Of a stretch of 64,000 nt of DNA, positions 1 to 9,516 are shown one piece after another. Under the pieces are notes generated by a model. It was not told the origin of the DNA, made no database searches, and was given only the letters and a program-made list of their open reading frames with translations. The number at the start of each line of letters is the position of its first letter. Position 1 is the first letter of the stretch. Origin of the DNA: Acidimicrobiia bacterium (GTDB lineage Bacteria > Actinomycetota > Acidimicrobiia > IMCC26256 > JAMXLJ01); contig DASRES010000031.1 in assembly GCA_035651955.1 (NCBI GenBank), positions 12,184 through 76,183 on the forward strand, written 5' to 3'. A program made the position numbers and the translations under genes.

Positions 1-1
1 G

Positions 2-529
2 TCGGCGACGATGCTCAACGACGCGACGATGGTCCTCGGCGCGCTCGTGGGCGGCGCGGGGACGACGACCGTCGCGTGTCTCGGCGGCGCGCAGGTCGAC
101 CGGTTCGGCAACATCAACTCGACGGTGATCCCGGGCGGCGCCTTCCTGGTGGGGTCGGGAGGCGGCAACGACGTCGCGAGCGTCGCCGCGGAGTCGGTCG
201 TCGTCGCGACGCTGACGCCGCAGCGCACGCCGCCCGAGTGCGGCTACGTGACGTCGCCGGGGCGCACCGTGCGCGCGCTCGCGACCGATCTCGCGCTCCT
301 CGAGAAGCTCGACGACGGCGGCGACGGTGTCGACGGTGCCGAGCTCGTCCTCACGGCGGTCGCCGCGGGAGAGGGGACCGTCGACGAGCGCGTCCAGGCC
401 GCGAAGGCGCAGTGCGGCTGGGACCTCCAGGTCGCGCCCGAGGTACGCGAGCTCCCGCCCGTCACGGCCGAAGAGGTCGCGCGACTGCGCTCATGGGACC
501 CACGCGGCTGGTTCCTTCGGGCTCGTTGA
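2..529 (+). CDS. CoA-transferase subunit B-like protein, C-terminal part (5' end outside window)
   Basis: Frame is open to the window edge. Motifs GGAQVDRFGNINST and GSGGGNDVAS are typical of 3-oxoacid/glutaconate CoA-transferase beta subunits. Stop TGA at 527-529. Confidence 0.7.
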   Translation, partial: SATMLNDATMVLGALVGGAGTTTVACLGGAQVDRFGNINSTVIPGGAFLVGSGGGNDVASVAAESVVVATLTPQRTPPECGYVTSPGRTVRALATDLALLEKLDDGGDGVDGAELVLTAVAAGEGTVDERVQAAKAQCGWDLQVAPEVRELPPVTAEEVARLRSWDPRGWFLRAR

Positions 530-543
530 CACGAGCCCGAAGG
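514..543. terminator. Stem-loop between convergent genes (putative bidirectional terminator)
   Basis: Perfect 12-bp inverted repeat CCTTCGGGCTCG / CGAGCCCGAAGG with 6-nt loop TTGACA that encloses the stop codon of the upstream CDS. No clear U-tract. Confidence 0.5.
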
Positions 544-606
544 TTGCTCGCTGGTCGCGCTCGTACAGCTCGCCGCTCCTGCGGGCTCCTCCGGTCGCCG
601 CCGCTG

Positions 607-2250
607 CTAAACGCGGCGTGATGCGCCGAACAGGTTGCCCTGCGCGAGTGCGACGCCGAGCTCTGCGAGCGCGGCGGCCTCGTGCTCGGTCTCGACGCCC
701 TCGGCGACGAGCCGGCACCCGGTGTACGTGCCGAAGTACCCGAGGCCGGCGACCAGCGCCTGACGGGCCGCGTCGGCGTCGATGTCCCGCACCCAGGTCG
801 CGTCGAGCTTCACGAACGCCGGCCGCAGGTGCAGCACGTGACGCAGGCTCGCGTAGCCCGAGCCGACGTCGTCGACGGCCATGCGGACCTCTCGCCCGAG
901 CGCGCGCACCGACGCGCGGAGCCGGGCATAGTCGTCGACGGGCTCGCGCTCGGTGATCTCGACGACGAGCGGGCGCTCCACGCGTCCGAGCAACGACACG
1001 ACGGCGTCGCCGTCCCCGCACAGCAACGTCGGCGAGACGTTCACCGACAGCCACGTGTCCGCCGGGAGCCGGGCGCTGCGCTCCACGGCGAGCTGCAGCG
1101 TCCCGAGCTCGAGCTCGGTTCCGAGGCCGAGCCGTCGCGCCCGCTCGAACTGCGCGTCGGCGTCGCCGCCGTCGACGAAGCGGGTCAGCGCCTCGAACCC
1201 GACGACCGTCCGGTCGGCCAGCTCGACGACCGGCTGGAACACCGCCTGGAAGGCCCGCTCGGCGATGACGGCCTCCAGCTCGCGGCGCGCATGCCTCTCG
1301 GCGCGCGCGGCGAGTGCTGGACCGAGGATCGTCCCCGCCACCGCTGCGAGCTGCGTGCCGATCGCGAGCCTCGTCAGGTGACCGCGGCGGGTCGCGTCGC
1401 GAGCGGTCCCGAGCACCAGGACGCCGACGACGTCGCCGTGCGCGCGGATCGGTGCGAAGACGGCGGGCGCGCCGGACTCGTCGGGATCGATCGACGCGGG
1501 CGGCGGTCCCGCCCACGCGCTCGAGTCGGTGCGATCGAGCACCTGCCGCGACTCCCGTCGGCCGAGCACGTGGTCGGGAGCGAGCGGCGCGCCCGCGCGG
1601 TCGACGCCCGCGAGCAGACCGAGGCGATCGTCGGGGAGCACCTGGAGCACGGCGACCGCGCCGGTGTCGGGCAGGCGGCGGACGGTGCGGCACACGAACG
1701 CGGCCACGGTCGCCGCGTCGTCACCGGGACGTGCGCGCGTCAGCGCGTCGACGACCAGCGCGTGTGCCGTCCGGTTGCGCTCTACGTGCGAGAGCCACGC
1801 CGAGTGTTGCCGGAGGCGCGCGCGCAGACGGTCGATGACGGCGCGCGGATCGAGCGGACGAACGACGATGTCGTCGGCGGCGCGCGTGGAGATCGTCGGC
1901 GCGTCGAGGTCGGTCAGCAGCACGATGGGCACCGCCCCGCCGTCGTCCGCGGCGCGCACGGCCGTGACGGGATCGTCGGCTGCTTCGTCGTGGAGATCGC
2001 GCGCGATGACGACCGCGTCGGGATCGCGCAACTGGATCGACGCGAGGCACTCCGCGAGCGTCGCCGCCTCGAGCGTGTGCATTCCTTCGGCCTCGAGGAC
2101 CTCCACGAGGACTCGGCGCTCGCCGTCGTCACGATCCGCGACGAGGACCGTCGGCCCGTCCTCGGCGGCCACACACACGGCGTCGTCGGCGTCGCGGCGA
2201 TCGCGCAGCCGCGTCGGGCGCCGCGGCCCGCCGCGGGTCGAGTGCTCCAT
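607..2250 (-). CDS. Receiver (REC)-GAF-EAL domain c-di-GMP phosphodiesterase-type signalling protein
   Basis: ATG at 2250; the upstream part of the 637-aa ORF is Arg/Pro-rich junk. N-terminal receiver-like region (VLVADRDDGERR...IVLLTD), central GAF-like region, C-terminal EAL domain (GFEALTRF, DDVGSGYASL, VAEGVET). Confidence 0.8.
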   Translation of the reverse strand: MEHSTRGGPRRPTRLRDRRDADDAVCVAAEDGPTVLVADRDDGERRVLVEVLEAEGMHTLEAATLAECLASIQLRDPDAVVIARDLHDEAADDPVTAVRAADDGGAVPIVLLTDLDAPTISTRAADDIVVRPLDPRAVIDRLRARLRQHSAWLSHVERNRTAHALVVDALTRARPGDDAATVAAFVCRTVRRLPDTGAVAVLQVLPDDRLGLLAGVDRAGAPLAPDHVLGRRESRQVLDRTDSSAWAGPPPASIDPDESGAPAVFAPIRAHGDVVGVLVLGTARDATRRGHLTRLAIGTQLAAVAGTILGPALAARAERHARRELEAVIAERAFQAVFQPVVELADRTVVGFEALTRFVDGGDADAQFERARRLGLGTELELGTLQLAVERSARLPADTWLSVNVSPTLLCGDGDAVVSLLGRVERPLVVEITEREPVDDYARLRASVRALGREVRMAVDDVGSGYASLRHVLHLRPAFVKLDATWVRDIDADAARQALVAGLGYFGTYTGCRLVAEGVETEHEAAALAELGVALAQGNLFGASRRV

Positions 2251-2401
2251 GTGCAATGGCTCCCTCGGGCCTGACCCCTCCCCGCGCGTCGCGCACGGCC
2301 CGGCTCCGTCGCCGCCGGCGCGAAGGTGATGCTCGTCCGGCGACCGACCCGGGTTGTGTTGTCGGCCGTCGGGGCCCGCGGCTGTAGCGCGCGCCCGGCC
2401 C

Positions 2402-3097
2402 TCAGACGATGGGAGGCCGGAGACGACGGAAGAAGGCGCCCAGCGCGACCAGCGCGACGAAGCCGGCGAGGATCTCGAGCTCGGCCCGGTTGACCCCGGA
2501 GCCGGTCGCCGCCCTGTCACCCGTACGGCGGACCGCCGCCGCGCGGACCTCGACGGACGGACGTGTCGCCGGCGCGGCGCCCGCGGTCGGGGGCGTGGGC
2601 TGCGGGCCCGCCGATGCCGGTGCGGCGGCCGCAGGAACGCCCGCGGTCGACGGCGGCGACGTCGTCGAGGCCGTGGACGTGGTGCTCACCGAAGCCGTGC
2701 TCGGGCCGCTGGCGCCGGCGGGCGCGCGACCCCGGGCGGGCGGCACGACCGTCGCCGGAGCCGGCGGCGGCGTGGCCGTCGACGGTGGGGAACCCGCTCG
2801 CGCGGTGGGCGGTGGTGTCGGGTCCGCGGGCGCGGGGGACGTCGCGGGCGGCCCGGGATCGTGGCCGCGATGCCCGGGCCCGGGGCCGGGATGCGCGGGA
2901 CCGGGGCCCCAGGGTCCGCCCCACGGCGGCCAACCGGGCCCGCCCGGGCCGGGCCGTGCGGTCCACGGAGGCTGCCATGCGGCCTGCGTCGCGGCCGACG
3001 AGGCCGGTGCGGTCGCGAGGCCGACCGCCAGGCCCATCGCCGCTCCCAAACACGCCAAGACGCAACCGTGACGCGCTGCGTGAGCACCCGGACGCAC
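2402..3097 (-). CDS. Secreted Pro/Gly/Thr/Ser-rich low-complexity protein with C-terminal membrane anchor
   Basis: GTG start followed by a signal-peptide-like N-terminus (MRPGAHAARHGCVLACLGAAMGLAVGLATAPA). C-terminal hydrophobic helix plus basic tail (LEILAGFVALVALGAFFRRLRPP). In the last 120 nt the codon-position pattern fits this frame (GC3 about 90%, GC2 low). Confidence 0.5.
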   Translation of the reverse strand: MRPGAHAARHGCVLACLGAAMGLAVGLATAPASSAATQAAWQPPWTARPGPGGPGWPPWGGPWGPGPAHPGPGPGHRGHDPGPPATSPAPADPTPPPTARAGSPPSTATPPPAPATVVPPARGRAPAGASGPSTASVSTTSTASTTSPPSTAGVPAAAAPASAGPQPTPPTAGAAPATRPSVEVRAAAVRRTGDRAATGSGVNRAELEILAGFVALVALGAFFRRLRPPIV

Positions 3098-3145
3098 GGC
3101 CGGTCGCGTACCCGCGCCCCGTGGCAGTGCAAACGCGCGACGTCG

Positions 3146-4291
3146 TCAGCGCCGAAGGATCGCGACGCACGCGTTGGCGCCCCGCCCGACGGTGTGCGCG
3201 AGCCCGACCCGCGCGCCCTGGACCTGGCGCGGTCCGGCGTCCCCGCGCAGCTGACGGACGAGCTCGACGACCTGGCCAAGGGCCGACGCGCCCAGGGGCT
3301 CGCCCTTGGACAGGAGCCCCCCGCTCACGTTGACGGGGAGCCGTCCGCCGCGCTCGGTCGCGCCCGTCTCGACGAGCTCGGCCGACCCGCCCGGCTCGCA
3401 CAGCCCGAGCTCCTCGTACGAGAGGAGCTCGCGGGCGGCGTCGGTGTCCTGGCACTCCACCACGTCGAGATCCGCGGGACCGACGCCGGACTCCTCGTAC
3501 GCGGCGCGCGCGGCCAGCGTCGTCGGCGGCGTGACGTCGTCGGACGCGAGGCCGCTCATCGGCGTCGCCTCGCCGAGCACGCTCCCGGGGATGTGCGAGC
3601 GCAACGCCGCCGCTGCGAGCTCGACGCCGTCACCGTCCCGCGCGCGCCGTAGCACGACCGCGGCCGCGCCCTCGTTCGGCGAGCAGAGCATCCAGAGGTG
3701 CAGCGGCTCGCACACGACGCGCGACGCGAGAACGTCCTCGAGCGCGACCTCCTTGCGGAACATCGCGTCCGGGTTGTCGACGCCGTTCGCTCGGTTCTTC
3801 ACGACGACGCGCGCGAGGTGCTCCTTGGTGACGCCCGACTCGCGCATCAGGCGCTGCGCGCGGAGCGCGAAGTACGCCGGCGTGGCGGCGAGGCCCGCTT
3901 CCTCGCGCCACGGCTCGAAGAACGACGAGCGGATGATGCCCTTCGGCATCTTCTCGAGGCCGAACACGAGCACCGTGTCGTACTGGCCGGCACGGATCGC
4001 ACCGGCGGCGAGCATCATCGCGGCGCCGCCGCTCGCACAGCCGGCCTCGACGTCGACGATCGGCATGCCGGTCATCCCCAGCGCGTCGAGCACCTTGTGA
4101 CCGGCGGCGACACCCGCGTAGACGGCTCCGCAGAATGCGGCCTGGAAACCGCCGCGCTCGACACCGGCGTCGCGCAGCGCGTCGCTGACGGCGCGCACGC
4201 CCATCTCCGTCAGCGAGGCGTCGGGAAAGCGGCCGAACGGATGGATGCCGATGCCCGCGACCGCGACGCGCACCCGGTTCGTGTCGGTCAT
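3146..4291 (-). CDS. Thiolase-like protein (SCP-x / lipid-transfer-protein type)
   Basis: Thiolase fold motifs (VDVEAGCASGGAAMMLAAGAIRAG; C-terminal GLAHTVGRGANACV). ATGA overlap with the stop of the upstream DUF35 gene. Confidence 0.85.
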   Translation of the reverse strand: MTDTNRVRVAVAGIGIHPFGRFPDASLTEMGVRAVSDALRDAGVERGGFQAAFCGAVYAGVAAGHKVLDALGMTGMPIVDVEAGCASGGAAMMLAAGAIRAGQYDTVLVFGLEKMPKGIIRSSFFEPWREEAGLAATPAYFALRAQRLMRESGVTKEHLARVVVKNRANGVDNPDAMFRKEVALEDVLASRVVCEPLHLWMLCSPNEGAAAVVLRRARDGDGVELAAAALRSHIPGSVLGEATPMSGLASDDVTPPTTLAARAAYEESGVGPADLDVVECQDTDAARELLSYEELGLCEPGGSAELVETGATERGGRLPVNVSGGLLSKGEPLGASALGQVVELVRQLRGDAGPRQVQGARVGLAHTVGRGANACVAILRR

Positions 4292-4677
4292 GACGGCGCG
4301 AACTCGTACGTCACGACGGTGTCACCGTCCTCGGTCTCGTGGAGCGGCGCGAGGCGCATCGCCATCGGCAACCCGAACGTGAACCCGTCGACCGGGTGAC
4401 TCAGTCGCGTGATCACACGCAGGCCCTCGGGCAGCTCGACGACTCCGAACCCGAACGGCACGTCGCCGAGGTACCCGGGCGGCGGCGCGTTCACCGCGGT
4501 CCAGCCCCACAACGTGCCGCGGCCGTCGAGCACGACCTCCTCGATCGCATCGTCCGAGCACTGCGAGCACGTGGACGCGCGCGGGAACTGGAACGCGCCG
4601 CAACCGGTGCAGCGGCCGGCCAGGAGCCGGGGTGGGTCGTCGAGCGTGAACAGCCCGTCCCGTACGGGGACCGTCAT
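4288..4677 (-). CDS. DUF35 zinc-ribbon/OB-fold protein (thiolase partner)
   Basis: Four-Cys ribbon CTGCGAFQFPRASTCSQC followed by an OB-fold region. ATG at 4677 lies 1 nt after the stop of the CoA-transferase gene. The rest of the 357-aa ORF is out-of-frame junk. Confidence 0.85.
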   Translation of the reverse strand: MTVPVRDGLFTLDDPPRLLAGRCTGCGAFQFPRASTCSQCSDDAIEEVVLDGRGTLWGWTAVNAPPPGYLGDVPFGFGVVELPEGLRVITRLSHPVDGFTFGLPMAMRLAPLHETEDGDTVVTYEFAPS

Positions 4678-4678
4678 G

Positions 4679-5887
4679 TCAGATGACCCCGTCGCGCTCG
4701 AGCGCGTCGAGCGCGCGGTCGTCGAGGTCGAGCGTCGCGCCGAGCACCTCGCGCGTGTGCTCACCGAGTCGGGGAGCGCCGGCCGGGACGCGCACGGGCT
4801 CGCCGACGAAGCGCGGGAACGGCGCCTGCTGGCGGACGGGACCCGCGACCGGGTCGTCGACCGTGACCAGGTCGCCGCGCTCGGCGAAGTGCGGGTCGAG
4901 GAACATGTCCGCCGCGGTGTACGCCGTCGCGACCGGGACGTCACACGCGACGCACGCGGTCTCGATCTCCTCGGCGCTGTGCATGCTCGTCCACGCGCTG
5001 ACGATGCCGTTGATCTGGTCGCCGTTCGCGGCGCGGTCGGCCAACCGCGTGAAGCGGGGGTCGTCGAGCAGGTCGGGACGGTCCATCGCCTTGCACAGCC
5101 GGCTGAAGTTCGCGTCGCTGCCGGCGACGATGCAGACGTACTTGCCGTCGCCGGTCGGGTAGTTGTCGAGCGGCGCCGAGTTCGCGAGCCGGTTCCCCTC
5201 GCGCGTCCGCACGACCCCGAGCTTGTCGTACGCCGCGAGCGTCCACTCGAGGATGCGCAACGCGGAGCCGTAGAGCGCGGCGTCGATGACCGCGCCGGTG
5301 CCCTTGCGGCGCGCGTCGCGCGCGTACAGCGCCGCGACGGCTGCGTTCGCCGCGAAGACACCGGTCAGGTAGTCCGTGATGGTCACACCGACGCGCACGG
5401 GCGGCCGGTCCGGATAGCCCGTGAGGTGCAGGAGCCCGCCGTAGCCGATGCCGACGCGGTCGAGACCCGGGCGCGACGCGTACGGCCCGTCCTGCCCGAA
5501 GCTGCTGATGCGCACCGTGACGAGCCGCGGGTCGAGGTGACCGGGTGCGATGTGCCACTTCTCGAGCGTGCCGGGCCGGAAGTTCTCGACCATCACGTCC
5601 GCCGTCGCCGCGAGCCGGCGGAACAGGTGCTGGCCCTGCGGGCGGCGCAGGTCGATCGTGACGCTCTTGCGGCCGCGCCCCTCGACGGCCCAGAACAGCG
5701 AGTACTCGGGCTCGCCCGCGTCGCTACCGTCGACGAACGGGCCAATCGTGCGCATGAAGTCGCCCGTCCCCGGCTGCTCGATCTTGACGACGTCCGCGCC
5801 CATCTCACCGAGCAGGCCCGCGCAGAACGGCGCCGCGATGCGCGTCCCGAGGTCGAGCACGAGCAGCCCCTCGAGCGGCCCCGCCAT
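4679..5887 (-). CDS. Family III CoA-transferase (CaiB/BaiF type)
   Basis: N-terminus LLVLDLGTRIAAPFCAGLLGEMGADVVKIE and the overall 402-aa architecture are diagnostic for CaiB/BaiF CoA-transferases. Confidence 0.9.
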   Translation of the reverse strand: MAGPLEGLLVLDLGTRIAAPFCAGLLGEMGADVVKIEQPGTGDFMRTIGPFVDGSDAGEPEYSLFWAVEGRGRKSVTIDLRRPQGQHLFRRLAATADVMVENFRPGTLEKWHIAPGHLDPRLVTVRISSFGQDGPYASRPGLDRVGIGYGGLLHLTGYPDRPPVRVGVTITDYLTGVFAANAAVAALYARDARRKGTGAVIDAALYGSALRILEWTLAAYDKLGVVRTREGNRLANSAPLDNYPTGDGKYVCIVAGSDANFSRLCKAMDRPDLLDDPRFTRLADRAANGDQINGIVSAWTSMHSAEEIETACVACDVPVATAYTAADMFLDPHFAERGDLVTVDDPVAGPVRQQAPFPRFVGEPVRVPAGAPRLGEHTREVLGATLDLDDRALDALERDGVI

Positions 5888-5907
5888 CAGCGCGCTCCCG
5901 AAGCGTC

Positions 5908-5950
5908 CATGCGTCGCTGAACGTCGTACAGCAACGACGAGCGACGCATG
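5908..5950 (-). other. Strong intercistronic stem-loop between the crotonase and CoA-transferase genes
   Basis: CATGCGTCGCT-GAA-CGTCGT-ACAGCA-ACGACG-AGCGACGCATG: 17 paired positions with a 3-nt bulge and 6-nt loop, inside a 76-nt same-strand gap. Confidence 0.5.
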
Positions 5951-5963
5951 AACGTGAGGGTGG

Positions 5964-6785
5964 TCACCGGTCGCCCCGTTGCTCGGCCTTCACGGCGTCC
6001 ATGCCGCCCTGCTTGCGCGCGGTCATCGCGTTCAGGGCGGTCGCGGTGTTGCTCACGAACTGGTGGACCATGAAGTGGTACCGCCACGACTCGCGTTGAC
6101 CCTGGAGGTCGAGCATCCGGTTGATCGAGTCCTTGACGGCCTGCGCGGTCACGGGCGGGACGAGCGCGACCTTGTCGGCCATCTCCCGGGCCGCCGCCGC
6201 GAGCTCGGCGCGCGGCACCACCTTGTTGACGAGCCCGTAGCGCTCGGCGTCGTGCGCGTCGATCGTCTCCGCGCACAGCAGGAACTCCTTGGCCTTGCGG
6301 GGACCCAGCTCCCACGGCTCGACGAGGAGCTCGACGCCGGCACCCGTCATGCGCAGGACCGGGTTCGAGAAGCGCGCGTCGTCGGCCGCGACGATGAGAT
6401 CGCACATGCACGCGAGCATGAGGCCCGCCGCGGAGCACGCGCCCTGGACCGCGGCGATCGTCGGCTTGCGGAAGTCGCGGATCTTCACGCACCGGTCGAA
6501 GTACATGACCTGCTCGTGGCGGAGCTTGCCCTCCGCGGTGTCGCGCATCGCGGACCACGGGTCGCTGCCGGCGAGGATCTGCTTGAGGTCGTGACCGGCC
6601 GAGAAGTGCTTTCCCTCCGCGGCGAGCACGACGACGCGCACGTCGTCGTCGGCGTCCGCGCGGTCGAACGCGGCGTCGAGCTCGTCGAGCATCTGCGTGT
6701 TCTGCGCGTTCGCGACGTCCGGACGGTCGAGCGTGATCGTGCAGACCGCCCCGTCGACGTCGTACCGAATGGTGTCGAACTGCAT
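5964..6785 (-). CDS. Enoyl-CoA hydratase/isomerase (crotonase family)
   Basis: Crotonase motifs (ITLDRPDVANAQN, VRVVVLAAEGKHFSAGHDL). ATG 6785 preferred (MQFDTIRYDVDG); GTG 6806 is the alternative. Confidence 0.85.
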   Translation of the reverse strand: MQFDTIRYDVDGAVCTITLDRPDVANAQNTQMLDELDAAFDRADADDDVRVVVLAAEGKHFSAGHDLKQILAGSDPWSAMRDTAEGKLRHEQVMYFDRCVKIRDFRKPTIAAVQGACSAAGLMLACMCDLIVAADDARFSNPVLRMTGAGVELLVEPWELGPRKAKEFLLCAETIDAHDAERYGLVNKVVPRAELAAAAREMADKVALVPPVTAQAVKDSINRMLDLQGQRESWRYHFMVHQFVSNTATALNAMTARKQGGMDAVKAEQRGDR

Positions 6786-6809
6786 GCGCCGCGCCGTTCC
6801 CTGCACGAG

Positions 6810-6825
6810 CTGACGGAATCGTCAG
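6810..6825. promoter_or_regulatory. Palindrome CTGAC-GGAATC-GTCAG (site 1 of a recurrent motif)
   Basis: Exact CTGAC-N6-GTCAG in the gap between the ACAD stop (6848) and the crotonase start (6785). Confidence 0.55.
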
Positions 6826-6847
6826 CAATGTACCGCCGACATGCGCG

Positions 6848-8020
6848 CTACCGCGGGAGGCCCAGCACGCGTTCGCCGATGACGTTGCGCTGGATCTCGT
6901 TCGTGCCCGCCCAGATCGACGACGCCTGGTAGTACAGCCACGAGCGTTGCCACGCGCCGCCACCCGGGTTGGCGTCCGCACCGCGCCACAACGGGGCCGA
7001 CGGGCCGAGCACGGTCATCACCGTGTCGTGGAGCCGCTTGCTCATCTCACTCCACCAGAGCTTGTTGAGGCTCCCCTGCGGGCCGGGATCCAGTCCCTTC
7101 GACAGGCGCGAGATCGACCGCCAGTTGTGCAGCTGGAACAGGCGCACCTCGACGAACGCCTGCGCGAGCCGCGGTGCGAGGCGCGGGTCGTCGAACGCGC
7201 CGGAGTCGTCCGCGAGCCGCAGCAGCTCGTCGAGCAGCTGGGCGTGGATGACGAGCTGGCGCGGGTTGCTGCCGCGCTCGTGCGACAGCGTCGAGTTCGC
7301 GACCCGCCACCCTTGGTGCTCGGGACCGACGAGACGCTCCCGGGGCACGAACACGTCGTCGAAGAACACCTCGTTGAACTCGGACTCGTCGGTGATCTGG
7401 CGGAGCGGCCGCACGTCGACGCCGGGGGAGCGCATGTCGACGACGAGGTACGAGATGCCCTGCTGCTTCGGCGCGTCCGGGTCGGTGCGAGCCAGGCAGA
7501 CGCCCCAGTCCGCGAACTGCGCGTAGCTCGTCCACACCTTCTGACCCGACAGCACCCAGCCGCCCTCCACGGGTGTCGCGCGTGTCCGCAACGACGCGAG
7601 GTCGCTGCCCGCACCGGGCTCGCTGAAGAGCTGACACCACAGCTCGTCGGCCGACAGGATCCTCGGCAGCCAGCGCGCCTTCTGCTCCGGCGTGCCGTGC
7701 GCGAGCAACGTCGGCCCGACGAGGTTGATGCCGATGCGACCGACGAGCTCCGGCGCGCGTGCGCGCGCGAGCTCCTCGGTCACGAGGTAGTGCTCGACGG
7801 GTCCGAGCCCGCGTCCGCCGAACTCCTCGGGCCACGCGACGCCGACCCACCGTCCGGACGCGAGCTTCGCCTGCCACTCGCGTCCGAACGCGACTTCTTC
7901 GCGCAGGTCGTCGAAGCGGGGCGGGAGCCCCTTGCCGTACTCCCACGGCAGGTTCTCGCGCAGCCACGCGCGCACCTCGTCGCGCAGCGCCGCCTCGCCG
8001 GCCGTCGGCGTGAGGTCCAC
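6848..8020 (-). CDS. Acyl-CoA dehydrogenase
   Basis: ACAD motifs WCQLFSEPGAGSDLASL and GTNEIQRNVIGERVLGLP. GTG start at 8020. Confidence 0.9.
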   Translation of the reverse strand: MDLTPTAGEAALRDEVRAWLRENLPWEYGKGLPPRFDDLREEVAFGREWQAKLASGRWVGVAWPEEFGGRGLGPVEHYLVTEELARARAPELVGRIGINLVGPTLLAHGTPEQKARWLPRILSADELWCQLFSEPGAGSDLASLRTRATPVEGGWVLSGQKVWTSYAQFADWGVCLARTDPDAPKQQGISYLVVDMRSPGVDVRPLRQITDESEFNEVFFDDVFVPRERLVGPEHQGWRVANSTLSHERGSNPRQLVIHAQLLDELLRLADDSGAFDDPRLAPRLAQAFVEVRLFQLHNWRSISRLSKGLDPGPQGSLNKLWWSEMSKRLHDTVMTVLGPSAPLWRGADANPGGGAWQRSWLYYQASSIWAGTNEIQRNVIGERVLGLPR

Positions 8021-8032
8021 CGGCGGCCGGGA

Positions 8033-9322
<1,290 letters not shown>

Positions 9323-9389
9323 GGTTCAGCTCCTCATTCGTATACCGGTCGAATCTACCCACGTTCGGTGGCATCCGGACGCCGGTCGC

Positions 9390-9405
9390 CTGACGCCGGT
9401 GTCAG
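9390..9405. promoter_or_regulatory. Palindrome CTGAC-GCCGGT-GTCAG (site 2)
   Basis: Exact CTGAC-N6-GTCAG in the divergent gltA/ACAD intergenic region. It overlaps two further inverted repeats. Confidence 0.55.
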
Positions 9406-9516
9406 GAGTCGTGACAGACTCCCGGGCTCGCGAGCGCAGCGAGCACGCGGAGCGAGCGGAGCGGATGGAGTGAGCGCAGCGAACGGAAGCAGCGGAGCGG
9501 AAGCGAAGCCGTAGGC

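Noticed and set aside
491-1693. Many long Arg/Pro/Ala-rich ORFs antisense to or out of frame with recognisable genes (also 7047-9167, 13454-15010, 21016-23181, 43480-45936, 47368-49119 and others)
   Set aside because: Their composition (poly-Arg, RRxR repeats) is typical of wrong-frame translation of high-GC DNA. Each overlaps a CDS with clear family motifs.
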